A stretch of 64,000 nucleotides of DNA from Syntrophobacterales bacterium (lineage in GTDB: Bacteria; Desulfobacterota; Syntrophobacteria; BM002): positions 794 through 64,793 of the forward strand of contig JASFEM010000002.1 in the NCBI GenBank assembly GCA_050124835.1, given 5' to 3'. How positions within the stretch are numbered: position 1 is the stretch's first letter; each line of letters starts with the position of its first letter. Shown one piece after another: positions 19,139-28,275 of the stretch. The position numbers were made by a program, and so were the translations under genes. The notes under the pieces were generated by a model that saw only the letters and a list, made by a program, of their open reading frames with translations, had not been told where the DNA came from and did no database searches.

Positions 19139-20242
19139 TTAATATCTGAGCATCGTGCTCATATTGTGGAGTGCTGAGCTTATGGGGGCAGAAAGGTTGT
19201 AGCGATGGTTGGCGAGGATGTCATCAGCGTCACTATTGGTAATCAGCCATGGGCTGAATTCCGAAGCGCGTCCCAAGTCTTCCACGATCTTATCCATGAG
19301 GGCGACCGCATCAATGGTCTGTAATTGCACCACGAATCCCACCCGCACGGTTTTGAAAATTTCATACATGACATGGGCCACGCCCTGGCTGTAATAAAAA
19401 TAGTTGTCCGCCCGAAAGTGGCTAACCTTGGAGCCATCCGTTTCTTCATGTTTCACTAAATTCTCGTGACAGTTACCGAGAAGGTCTTTGTAAGAAGCTA
19501 CCAGAGAAAGCAGGTTGTCCGTGCGATAGTAGAATCGGCTTCTACCCTTTTTCAGGTTATTAAGAAATGCTCGTAGCTCCTCGAGGGCAGCTTTATATTG
19601 GCTTTCCGCTGATGGAAACCAGAATTGATCGGCTCTGTTCATCAGCAGGTTTACCGCCTCTACCAGATGAGGATCGTAGGCGTCGGCGTCTCCGAACCGC
19701 GTCAACGACTCCTTCAACTTTATCGCGGTGTAACGGCTCGCCTCCAGAACGCCGAGCTGAAACTCGTTGACGTTGTCAGTTAGTCTCCCAACTAACAGAT
19801 CATTTGGGCGCCAACCCCAGAAGCGACCATTGAGTTCATAATCCAACACCTCAATCAGCGTCTCGGTAAATGCCACCCCAGGTATCTCTTGCCTGGGTTT
19901 TTTCGGCGCTTCGACCGCCGGAGTTAGCCTGGGCTCCTCTTCTGCCTCCTGCTCAACGGCAGGAACTACCGCTGTCTTTTGCTCGGGGACAGACGTTTCC
20001 ACCTCTGCCATCTGCTCAACTGCAGGCTCCTCTTTGGGCTCTTCTACCTGCGTCTCAGGCTCGGCAACAACCTCTGGGCTTTCCTGCGGCGAAGGCTGCG
20101 GTGGAGTTTCCTTCTCACAGCCGGATAGCAGAAAACAAGCAAACAGGACTATTCCGACGTTGCAAAGGAACATGCCAAAGATGCGAACCGGCCACGCCCG
20201 AAAACTATTATTGGTTCGGGACAGTCCTCGCCTACGCTTCAT
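19139..20242 (-). CDS. Lipoprotein with Pro/Glu-rich linker, unknown function
   Basis: Lipobox LLSGC after a signal peptide, then an acidic PE-rich low-complexity region and a ~220-aa globular domain. Confidence 0.6.
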   Translation of the reverse strand: MKRRRGLSRTNNSFRAWPVRIFGMFLCNVGIVLFACFLLSGCEKETPPQPSPQESPEVVAEPETQVEEPKEEPAVEQMAEVETSVPEQKTAVVPAVEQEAEEEPRLTPAVEAPKKPRQEIPGVAFTETLIEVLDYELNGRFWGWRPNDLLVGRLTDNVNEFQLGVLEASRYTAIKLKESLTRFGDADAYDPHLVEAVNLLMNRADQFWFPSAESQYKAALEELRAFLNNLKKGRSRFYYRTDNLLSLVASYKDLLGNCHENLVKHEETDGSKVSHFRADNYFYYSQGVAHVMYEIFKTVRVGFVVQLQTIDAVALMDKIVEDLGRASEFSPWLITNSDADDILANHRYNLSAPISSALHNMSTMLRY

Positions 20243-20261
20243 GGAATTGAGCCCCCCGGCT

Positions 20262-20651
20262 CTAACTTACTGGTGCAGCGGATTCGCCCAGGTAGGTTGC
20301 GCAGGCATCCTGAGACTCCCAAGCGGTTACCCTGCTGACCCTTACCCGGTCATTATTTAGCTTATCCTGAAGCCGCTCGAAGATAAAACGGGCAATATTT
20401 TCTGATGACGGATTATGGCTTTTGAAAAAGGGCAATTCGTTGAGATAACAGTGATCAATTTCTGACATCACATCGCGGGTGGCTGCCTTAACTTCTGCAA
20501 AATCCAAAACTACACCACTATCGTCCAGCCCGGTGCCGCTTACAACCACCTCCACTTTCCAGTTGTGCCCATGAAGGGCTTCGCACTTGCCGCGAAAGTT
20601 ACGAAGATTATGTGCAGCAGAAAAATCTGTTACTATTTTCAGTTCGTACAT
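20262..20651 (-). CDS. queD: 6-carboxy-5,6,7,8-tetrahydropterin synthase
   Basis: 129 aa with the CEALHGHNW motif of the QueD/PTPS family. Confidence 0.85.
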   Translation of the reverse strand: MYELKIVTDFSAAHNLRNFRGKCEALHGHNWKVEVVVSGTGLDDSGVVLDFAEVKAATRDVMSEIDHCYLNELPFFKSHNPSSENIARFIFERLQDKLNNDRVRVSRVTAWESQDACATYLGESAAPVS

Positions 20652-20945
20652 CTACCCCTCCTCCGGCTCCCCGGTGTAGGGTTTGCCACACTCCTTGCAG
20701 AGACCATCCGGTCCGATCACTCCTATACAGATACCGTCGCTGCAAAGCTTCCTGCTGGCAAAATCAATGGAATCCAGATCGTCTTCCGATGCCCCCAGCT
20801 CATGCTCCTCTGAGTCTGCCAAACCACCGGCCAACTCTTCACCGCACCAGCAGCAGTACCGGCTCCCTTCGGGCAGCGAGCGCTGGCAAGCCGGACATGT
20901 TTTTTCTCCGAGCTCCTCTCCGCAGTGGGGGCATTCCAAGGTCAT
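20652..20945 (-). CDS. Cys-rich zinc-ribbon protein, translationally coupled to queD
   Basis: Motifs CPHCG...CPACQ...CCWCG and CSDGIC...CKECG. Its stop abuts the queD start. Confidence 0.6.
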   Translation of the reverse strand: MTLECPHCGEELGEKTCPACQRSLPEGSRYCCWCGEELAGGLADSEEHELGASEDDLDSIDFASRKLCSDGICIGVIGPDGLCKECGKPYTGEPEEG

Positions 20946-20987
20946 ATTGTCCTCTTAGTTTCAAGAACTGATACAGACACTCAGTAT

Positions 20988-21019
20988 AAAAAAAGCGACC
21001 TGAAGGGTCGACCTTTTTT
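20988..21019 (-). terminator. A7-hairpin-T6 bidirectional terminator-like element in the leader of the zinc-ribbon/queD operon
   Basis: aaaaaaa gcgacc tgaag ggtcg acc tttttt. Confidence 0.6.
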
Positions 21020-21069
21020 AACTCAATCTCCAGTGTTTGTCAACGTAACAGGGACGCCGAAACCGCACA

Positions 21070-21123
21070 GTTACTGGTCATTGGTCAATTGTCCGTTGGC
21101 TTTTATCCGTTGTCCGTTGTGTA
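21070..21123. repeat. Heptamer-family repeat (GGTCATT / TGTCCGT units)
   Basis: ggtcatt ggtcaat tgtccgt tggcttt tatccgt tgtccgt. Confidence 0.6.
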
Positions 21124-21251
21124 TAAAGGATAGGCGAGGCGCGCTGAGGAAGCCGGTTAGTGGTCCCATCCGGCCCATTGTGGACCTTCTGTTCCATGAG
21201 ATTTTTCAGTTGACAACTGTGCCGCTGTTGAGTATGAAACCTCTACGTTCT

Positions 21252-21328
21252 GGCGGTGTAGCTCAGTCGGTCAGAGCATGCGGCTCATATCCGCAGTGTC
21301 CGGGGTTCAAGTCCCTGCACCGCCACCA
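21252..21328 (+). tRNA. tRNA with CAT anticodon, elongator type: tRNA-Met or lysidine-modified tRNA-Ile2
   Basis: 77-nt cloverleaf: acceptor ggcggtg/caccgcc with a G1-C72 pair, D stem gctc/gagc, anticodon stem tgcgg/ccgca with loop cuCAUau, T arm cgggg-ttcaagt-ccctg, encoded CCA. Confidence 0.85.
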
Positions 21329-21365
21329 AATCTGTTTAACCGCTCAGCATTTAGGCTGATTTTAA

Positions 21366-21408
21366 GGGAACACCTCTGAACCGTTTGGTTTGTGTGTTCC
21401 CTTTATCA
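21366..21408 (+). terminator. Hairpin gggaacac...gtgttccc followed by TTTAT downstream of the tRNA
   Basis: 8-bp inverted repeat with a T-rich tail. Confidence 0.45.
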
Positions 21409-21633
21409 TTTCGCAGTGATTGGAGTTGTAACTAATCGTAATTACTGTTTTTAATAATATTTTCTCAATGAAAATCAAATGTGCCCCAGAACCCTCTTAT
21501 CCTTCCTTCAGGACTATTTCTTTGGATGCAATGAGATTTTTTTCTTGAATTATTTAGAATTATCCTGTATTTACTAATTTAGTTCAGCTACAGATGGTAT
21601 TCGCTTCAGGAATTTGAGCAGGGGGAGTCATCC

Positions 21634-21918
21634 ATGACGTTAACGAAAGCGCATATTGTTGAGAATCTGTTTGCCAAGAATATCTTCACTAAAAGCGAGT
21701 GCGCAGAGATTGTCGAAACCCTCTTTGAGCTCATCAAGAAGACGTTGGAGGACGGCGAAGACGTCCTCATCAGCGGTTTCGGCAAATTCAGTGTGAAGGA
21801 GAAGAATCAAAGGCGCGGTCGTAACCCCCAAACCGGCGACCCTATCATGCTCTCACCGCGCAAGGTAGTCACGTTTAAGTGTTCTGGCGTGCTACGATCA
21901 AAAATCAACAGCCGCTAA
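21634..21918 (+). CDS. Integration host factor / HU-family DNA-binding protein
   Basis: GFGKF...RRGRNPQTG arm motif; 94 aa. Confidence 0.85.
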   Translation: MTLTKAHIVENLFAKNIFTKSECAEIVETLFELIKKTLEDGEDVLISGFGKFSVKEKNQRRGRNPQTGDPIMLSPRKVVTFKCSGVLRSKINSR

Positions 21919-22025
21919 CACTGCTGCCTCCAAATGCTGGCGTGAGAATAGCCAACTACTGAGTTCTTCACACCTGCTCGCTGATCTCTGCTCTAGTGGA
22001 TTACCAGCCGCTGGTCGACTACAGG

Positions 22026-22526
22026 TCAGGACCGCAAGGTGGCCAGCAGGCGGTCAGGATTAAGTAGCAGGTCTAAAGCCTCCTCAGCGCTTCGTACCAG
22101 AACATCACTCGCCAGTAGTGCTCGCGAGGAAATACCCTCCCCTTGCATGACACATATGCCAAGGCAGGCACCACGTAGCATCAGAGCGTCATTTGCACCA
22201 TTGCCCAGAGCAACTGTATGCGAAGCTCCCAGCCTCTCAAGAAGAGCACGTTTTTGCCAAGCCTCGTCTCCAGACTGAATCCGAGCAATTTCAAGGTCAG
22301 CAAAATCCCGCATCAGATCAGCAGCTGTACCATGGGTATCAGCAGTAATCACATAAACCTCAAGTATATTCTGCAACCGGTGCAATCGTTCCTGGACGGT
22401 TTCGGGCAAAATTCCGTCTAAACATAGAGTACCATTGAGATCAAATAACCCCTGCCGCAGTTGAAGCAGCCCCCATCCAGGTATCTCAAGGTTTAAACCT
22501 CTTTTCTTCATCCTGGCCAACTTCAC
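22026..22526 (-). CDS. HAD-superfamily hydrolase (small soluble P-type-ATPase-like / COG4087-like)
   Basis: Motif I FDLNGTL and motif III GNGANDALML. Overlaps the ppsR stop. Confidence 0.65.
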   Translation of the reverse strand: MKLARMKKRGLNLEIPGWGLLQLRQGLFDLNGTLCLDGILPETVQERLHRLQNILEVYVITADTHGTAADLMRDFADLEIARIQSGDEAWQKRALLERLGASHTVALGNGANDALMLRGACLGICVMQGEGISSRALLASDVLVRSAEEALDLLLNPDRLLATLRS

Positions 22527-23395
22527 TCTCCCCGCCGGCTTCTCTGGCCCGCTCGCTGCAAGGCAGCTCTCTCCCGAGCCTCGAGCCGGGCCTGGTGAAG
22601 TTGCATGATCTTGGCGGCAGTCTCCTCAATCGCTTTACCGGAGACGTCAACAACCGGCCACTGTGGGTGCTTGCGGTAGAAAGCTCGGCACCACTTAATC
22701 TCACGTTCAATCTTGTCGCGATCAGCGTATTTGGCGTGATCCGGTAACCCAAGGTATTTGAGACGTTCCCTTCGTACTCGGACCAAGGCCTCCGGTTCGA
22801 TGATGAGTCCGTAAATCTTTACTTGGTCAACCGTAAAAATCTCACCGGGCGGAGTTATATCGGGAAACAGAGGGACATTGGCTACTTTCCAACCCATCTG
22901 GGCCATGTAGGAAGAAAGTGGTGTTTTGCTGGTGCGAGATAGACCCACTAGCACTAGATCTGCTTTATTCATTGTGTGAGGCGCTTGGCCGTCATCATGT
23001 TTTACCGTAAACTCGATGGCCTCGATTCGCCGATAATAACTCGCATCCGCCTGGTGTTGCTTGCCGGGAATGCCCAGCGGTTTCTGTTCCAGAAACAGGG
23101 CTAACTTGATAATAAAACTCCCCATAACATCGATAACTTCTACTCCCCGTTTGGCAGCCTCCCGCTCTAGAAAATCTCGGTTTTGAGCATCGACTATGGT
23201 GTAGGCGATTATCGCCTTCTCTCTCCGGGCCCCGCTGAGAATAGAAAGAATCCGAGCGGTGTCTTCCACCATGGTGAAGAGACGTACCTGGGTACTATTG
23301 GGAGTGAACTGGGACAGAGCAGCATTGGCCAGCTTGGTCACGGTCTCCCCTGTACCCTCACCCACCAAATATATGATCTTTTTCTTATCGGTCAT
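22523..23395 (-). CDS. ppsR: Phosphoenolpyruvate synthase regulatory protein (PSRP kinase/pyrophosphorylase, DUF299)
   Basis: P-loop GLSRTSKTP and family-typical N-terminus IIYLVGEGTGETV. Confidence 0.85.
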   Translation of the reverse strand: MTDKKKIIYLVGEGTGETVTKLANAALSQFTPNSTQVRLFTMVEDTARILSILSGARREKAIIAYTIVDAQNRDFLEREAAKRGVEVIDVMGSFIIKLALFLEQKPLGIPGKQHQADASYYRRIEAIEFTVKHDDGQAPHTMNKADLVLVGLSRTSKTPLSSYMAQMGWKVANVPLFPDITPPGEIFTVDQVKIYGLIIEPEALVRVRRERLKYLGLPDHAKYADRDKIEREIKWCRAFYRKHPQWPVVDVSGKAIEETAAKIMQLHQARLEARERAALQRAGQRSRRGE

Positions 23396-23624
23396 CTAAT
23401 TCGAGGTCCATTCTGACGTGCAGGCCGACACGATTCCGGCCTCTCAGTGTCCCCCATCAATCGCTACTGGAGATCACTTCTAAACGGGAAATTGTCTAAA
23501 GCTGGAAAATTTAGACTGTTGGCATATTTATTTTAGACTGTTGGAGATGAAGATTGCAAGGAATTCGAACATTGCAAGCGGCTAAAGTGAACCGCACTAT
23601 GGAGACTGACAACAATGATGGCGA

Positions 23625-24026
23625 TTAGGGAAGATTAGATGGTTGATAAGACGGTTTTTTTGTGGATCGAAATAGATAGAAAAAGCTGCCGGCTCTGTTT
23701 ATCAGCAGCCCATCAACTGGCTCGGCAGCAAGAGGTTTGATGATAAGGTCTTTTGCCAGGTGCTCTGCCAGTCTTTTAAGTGATGGAACCATTTCAAGGG
23801 GAGGACGCACCGAGTAGATAGCCTCGGCATCCCGATATAAATCCAAATTCGGAACTCGAACATCATCGAGCACTACGGGGATATCCACGGTTCTGCGTTG
23901 TATGTCGGTGGCTACCACACTGAGGCCACGCTCCTGCAAAGCCATCGCTATCTTTGCGTAGCTCCCAATCCCTATCTCCACCACGTTCTTATAATTAGAG
24001 CTAAGATATTCAATAAGCCCTTGCAA
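23625..24026 (-). CDS. UPF0146-family protein (archaeal-type small Rossmann-like protein, COG1255)
   Basis: VVEIGIGSY...VVATDI...AIYSVRPP...IIKPL closely matches the UPF0146 family pattern. Confidence 0.7.
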   Translation of the reverse strand: MQGLIEYLSSNYKNVVEIGIGSYAKIAMALQERGLSVVATDIQRRTVDIPVVLDDVRVPNLDLYRDAEAIYSVRPPLEMVPSLKRLAEHLAKDLIIKPLAAEPVDGLLINRAGSFFYLFRSTKKPSYQPSNLP

Positions 24027-24084
24027 CTATTCTACCTCTCTGACCTTATAGCTGTAGTTGGCGCTCTAACGCGAAGCCCATGTC

Positions 24085-24145
24085 AGCCTAGGGTCATTAC
24101 GCTTCGCTGTCATTGGGTCATCAGGTCATTAGGTCGTTAGGATAA
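24085..24145. repeat. Heptamer-family repeat (GGTCATT units)
   Basis: gggtcatt acgcttc gctgtcatt gggtcat caggtcatt aggtcgtt. Confidence 0.6.
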
Positions 24146-24228
24146 TTAGCGATCCACACTTCCTTTTTTTCCTCGTCTCGCCCGACCTCCCGTCTCGCTT
24201 TTCTCGCAAGCGCAAAGCGCTCTGCGCT

Positions 24229-26619
24229 TTACTCCTCAACCTTGCGCCAGAAAAAGATCTCGTCCATGGGGAACTTGGCCACCCGGGGACGAAGTTCTCC
24301 ACCCACCGCTTGCTCCATCAGAATCTTACGTTCCAGGGCGGCAACCATTTTACGGGCTGACACCACACTGTCCGGAAGGACAGAAATGGATGTGGAGCCG
24401 CACCGCAAGAGAAATTCCAGATAGTCAGGATAAACGCTGGGAGCCTGGCCACAAATGGAGGTGGTTACGCCATGTTTCCGGCAGACGGTGATACAATATG
24501 CCAGGGCACGCAGAACCGCCAAATCTCGCTCGTCATAAAGCTCTTGCACCTTGGCATCGTTTCTATCAACACCCAGGATGAGCATGGTCAAATCATTGGT
24601 TCCGAAGCTAATGCCTTCGATCCCTTCCCGGCAGAATTCTTCGATAAGTAAAACACTACTGGGCACTTCCACCATTATCCAAAGTTGAAAATCCTTATCC
24701 GCCCGGTTATCCAGCCCTTCCTCGCGCATAATCCGCACCGCTTCGCGGAATACCCACAGGGTGCGGACAAAAGGCAGCATCACCCAGATATTTATGAGTC
24801 CGTAATCCTCTCGCACTCGACGGATGGCCTGAAGTTCCAAGCGGAAGATGTCGTCTTCCTTCATATACCGGTGCTGGCCCCGATAGCCGATCATCGGATT
24901 TGGCCCCACATTGTCTCGTTCATACTCCTCCCCGCCGGGCATTTCCAGAAACTCATCCGGCTTAAAATCGAGGAACCTGTAGACCACAGGACGTGGGTAG
25001 AATGCTTCGGCCACAGTCTTGATTCCATCGGTGAACTTCTCCACCATGATTTCGGCTCCTCCCTCCTCGACGAGGAGCCTGGGGTGTTTACCAACGCTTA
25101 GCATCATATGCTCTGCCCTAAGCAGCCCTACCCCGTCTGCCTGAGTCTCAGCTGCCACTTTATGGGCAATTTCTGGAATGGATATGTTCACATAAACTTT
25201 GGTGGCTGTGGGTTCTGGCGCGGCCATCCCCACTGCCAGCTGAACCGCTTCCTCTTCTCTTTTGGCAATGATCCCCCGATAAATCACCCCGGTGGCTCCA
25301 TCAACGCTCGCTTCAGGAACGTCAGCCAGCAAGTCGGTTGCGTTATTGGTCCCGACCACACAGGGTATACCCAGTTCCCGACTAACTATAGCTGCGTGGC
25401 AAGTCTTCCCCCCGGAGTTGGTGACAATAGCTGCGGAAATCTTCATGACCGGCACCCAATCTGGTGTGGTCATCTCGGTGACCAGAATATCACCCTTCTT
25501 CACTTGATCCATGTTGCGAACGTCCAGAACCACATTAACTGGCCCACTAGCCAAGCCAGGACTCACTCCTAATCCCTTCAAAATGATTTCTTTACCTTCG
25601 GCCTCTGGCGCTGCAACTGTTTCCATAGGGGCCTCCTGACTGTGCACCGTTTCTGGTCTCGCCTGCAATATAAAGAGCTCACCATCATCGTCGATGGCCC
25701 ACTCTATGTCTTGCGGGACGCCGTAGTGAGCTTCGATGTTCTTTGCTTCCTCGGTCAGACGTATGACTTCCTCGTCTGTTAGCGCCGGCACTCCCTGCAA
25801 GTCTTCAGGTACGTCAACATAATCGGTATCACCTTCCGGACGCCTGACGCATTTTTCTTTTTTCACCGCTACATGCCGCTCTATGATTTCCAGGCTGTCC
25901 TTGGCGATTACGTACTCATCAGGGGTTACTCGCCCGCTCACCACCGCCTCGCCGAGCCCCCAAGCTGCATTGATTATTACCTTGTTGGTCTCTCCGGAAA
26001 CCGGCTCTATGGTGAACGTAACGCCGGATGACCTCGCTTGCACCATCTCCATCACCGCCACACTGATGAGCACATCCTCGTGTTGAAAACCCTTTTCCTG
26101 ACGGTAAGAGATGGCCCGAGAGGTGAAAAGGGAACTCCAGCAGGCTCTGACACGCTCGGCCAAGTCCTCCGGTCCCACGTTGAGGAAGGTGTCTTGTTGG
26201 CCGGCAAAGCTAGCATCCGGTAAGTCTTCGGCTGTAGCCGAAGAACGGACTGCAACCAGCACGTCAGGTTTGCCGCACCGTTTGGCCAACTTTTCATATG
26301 CTTCAAGAATCTGGGAGGAGACGGACTCAGGAATGGGCGTCGCTTCGATTGTCTCGCGTATTTTCTCTGAGGCCTTCAGCAAGGCACTCAGATTGCTTGT
26401 GTCTAAGTCCTTGAGAACCTCATCGACCTGCTCACCCAGGCCGGCCTCCTCCATGAATTCACGATACATCTTTGCGGTAATGGCAAAACCGGGGGGCACA
26501 GGTGCACCGATTTCTCCCAGGAGTTCCCCCAAGTTGGCATTCTTGCCCCCAACTAAAGGAATATCCCCCTTGCGTAAGTCCTCCAGCCAGATGATTCCCG
26601 CTTCCGATTTTTTTGACAT
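24229..26619 (-). CDS. ppsA: Phosphoenolpyruvate synthase (pyruvate, water dikinase)
   Basis: 796 aa, N-terminus GIIWLEDLRKGDIPLVGGKNANLGEL, PEP-utilizing and mobile His domains. Confidence 0.95.
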   Translation of the reverse strand: MSKKSEAGIIWLEDLRKGDIPLVGGKNANLGELLGEIGAPVPPGFAITAKMYREFMEEAGLGEQVDEVLKDLDTSNLSALLKASEKIRETIEATPIPESVSSQILEAYEKLAKRCGKPDVLVAVRSSATAEDLPDASFAGQQDTFLNVGPEDLAERVRACWSSLFTSRAISYRQEKGFQHEDVLISVAVMEMVQARSSGVTFTIEPVSGETNKVIINAAWGLGEAVVSGRVTPDEYVIAKDSLEIIERHVAVKKEKCVRRPEGDTDYVDVPEDLQGVPALTDEEVIRLTEEAKNIEAHYGVPQDIEWAIDDDGELFILQARPETVHSQEAPMETVAAPEAEGKEIILKGLGVSPGLASGPVNVVLDVRNMDQVKKGDILVTEMTTPDWVPVMKISAAIVTNSGGKTCHAAIVSRELGIPCVVGTNNATDLLADVPEASVDGATGVIYRGIIAKREEEAVQLAVGMAAPEPTATKVYVNISIPEIAHKVAAETQADGVGLLRAEHMMLSVGKHPRLLVEEGGAEIMVEKFTDGIKTVAEAFYPRPVVYRFLDFKPDEFLEMPGGEEYERDNVGPNPMIGYRGQHRYMKEDDIFRLELQAIRRVREDYGLINIWVMLPFVRTLWVFREAVRIMREEGLDNRADKDFQLWIMVEVPSSVLLIEEFCREGIEGISFGTNDLTMLILGVDRNDAKVQELYDERDLAVLRALAYCITVCRKHGVTTSICGQAPSVYPDYLEFLLRCGSTSISVLPDSVVSARKMVAALERKILMEQAVGGELRPRVAKFPMDEIFFWRKVEE

Positions 26620-27069
26620 CTTTGGTCCTCCCTTAAATCAATCCTCAGGTCACAAACCGATAACGCTATTCAGTTCCCTCTGGTTGAGACCAAATGGAAT
26701 AGCATGGAGAAAACTCCGTCACCGACCAGTGTCCCTCGTCTCTGGAATCTCTTGCTGACTATTAGATGGTAAGTGTTCTAGAAAGAGAGATTTTTTAACA
26801 ATTACTGACTGCAGGATCCATTAGTGAACTGAGCAATTAATATGCCATAGCCAATGCTGCCTGTCAACGAATGTCTAGCTGGAGAGGGAAGAGCTATGCA
26901 GTGGGCAACGAGCCCTCTGGAAGCGGTTTATCCGACCATAACCCGTCTTTCAATTTAGTACCGCATCATACCGAAAGAGTTACTCAAAATGCCCTACTTT
27001 GGTACTTATGTTCCAACGCTTGCTTGCCTGGCATAGGAAAACGGAGTAGACTGAATATCTGAAACAAAT

Positions 27070-27205
27070 TTAAGAATTCAGGAATTTTGGGGATTGAGGA
27101 ATTCAACTAACAGATTCCTTTCGCAGAGGCGATTCCAGTATAGAATCCTAATTTTTTAATTCCCTAACTTGTTTCGTGCTCAGGACTTCCGATTTTAAAT
27201 CTCCT
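27070..27205. repeat. Heptamer-family repeat (GGAATT / GGGATTGAG units)
   Basis: aagaattcaggaattttggggattgaggaattcaac...atagaatcctaattttttaattccctaac...cgattttaaatctcc. Confidence 0.7.
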
Positions 27206-27226
27206 GAGGCGGTTGGGAGTCGAATA

Positions 27227-28093
27227 TCAATGGAATTAATTGAGTATCTATCCGAGCCTTCGCTCCGCGAACCATCTCTGGTGGCTGGTTTTGGCGGTTG
27301 GGGTAATGCCGCTGAGGTTGCCACCGGCACCATTAATTATCTGGTTGAGCACCTAGAGGCAAAGAAACTGGCCACGCTAGACTCTGAGCATTTCTATCTC
27401 TTCTCCCTAAATCGTCCCTTTGTAACCATCGCCAACGGGCATCTGAAGAGTGTGGATTTACCGCGCAGCCGTTTTTATTATTGGAACAATCCTCAGGGTT
27501 CAGATCTGATTCTTTTTTTCGGCCCAGAACCCCAGGTTTCTTGGCACCAGTACGTCGAGGTCTTTATGCAAATTTGCCAGCGCTTTCAGGTCAAGAAGCT
27601 TGTAACCCTCGGAGGACTGCATGACGAGGTCCTTCACAATGAGGAAAAAATCTCCGCAGCTGGCGCTTCCATGGAAGATGTCCAAAAACTTCGGAGTCTA
27701 ACCGAACCTGTGGAGCTTATAAATTATGCCGGACCAAGTGCCGTGCACTCCTTGTTTCTCGCCAAAGCTATAGATTACAACATTTCGTGCCTCAGTTTCT
27801 GGGCCCACGCTGCCTCCTACCTGCAAGGGACCAATTACAACCTTTGCGCCGCCATTATAAAGCGATTGAACCTTCTTCTTGATCTGCAAGTGGACACTTC
27901 CGAACTGGAGTTTTCCTGGAAGCTTTTGGAAGAGCAGATTGAAAGCCTGATTTCCAAAAACGAGCAGCTTAAGCGACATGTGGAAGACTTGAAAAAGAGA
28001 GAGCAGCGAGGGGTTTTCGCTCCACAACCTTCCTCACCGGCAAAGATCATCCGCCTGGATGAGTTCACCAGACAGAGTAAGCCGGAAGATTAA
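27227..28093 (+). CDS. PAC2 (proteasome assembly chaperone 2-like) family protein with C-terminal coiled coil
   Basis: LVAGFGGWGNAAEVATGTINYL N-terminal motif. The ORF-track start at 27176 lies inside the repeat array; ATG 27227 has a GGGAG RBS. Confidence 0.7.
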   Translation, partial: SMELIEYLSEPSLREPSLVAGFGGWGNAAEVATGTINYLVEHLEAKKLATLDSEHFYLFSLNRPFVTIANGHLKSVDLPRSRFYYWNNPQGSDLILFFGPEPQVSWHQYVEVFMQICQRFQVKKLVTLGGLHDEVLHNEEKISAAGASMEDVQKLRSLTEPVELINYAGPSAVHSLFLAKAIDYNISCLSFWAHAASYLQGTNYNLCAAIIKRLNLLLDLQVDTSELEFSWKLLEEQIESLISKNEQLKRHVEDLKKREQRGVFAPQPSSPAKIIRLDEFTRQSKPED

Positions 28094-28155
28094 GAATTGG
28101 AGAATTCGGGGATTGAGTTTCTCGATGTGTCATCTCTAAATTTCTAAATTTGTGA
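28094..28155. repeat. Heptamer-family repeat
   Basis: taagaattggagaattcggggattgagtttctc...tctaaatttctaaatttgtg. Confidence 0.6.
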
Positions 28156-28275
28156 CTTTCCTGTCTCTCATATAACTGCTTGATTCCATAAATCTTATTG
28201 TGTTATAAGCGATCAATTATTTTGGCCCGAACAGCCCAAGCGGGTATCTTTAACTGACTAATAGAAAATGAGCTG

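Noticed and set aside
20946-21250. A definite call of a preQ1-I riboswitch upstream of queD
   Set aside because: I could find the A-rich tail and a terminator but not a convincing P1 stem-loop by eye. It is kept only as a candidate in the findings, pending a covariance-model search.
26871-27062. 63-aa ORF in the ppsA/PAC2 divergent promoter region
   Set aside because: No RBS, no motif, and it sits in a regulatory region; most likely non-coding.
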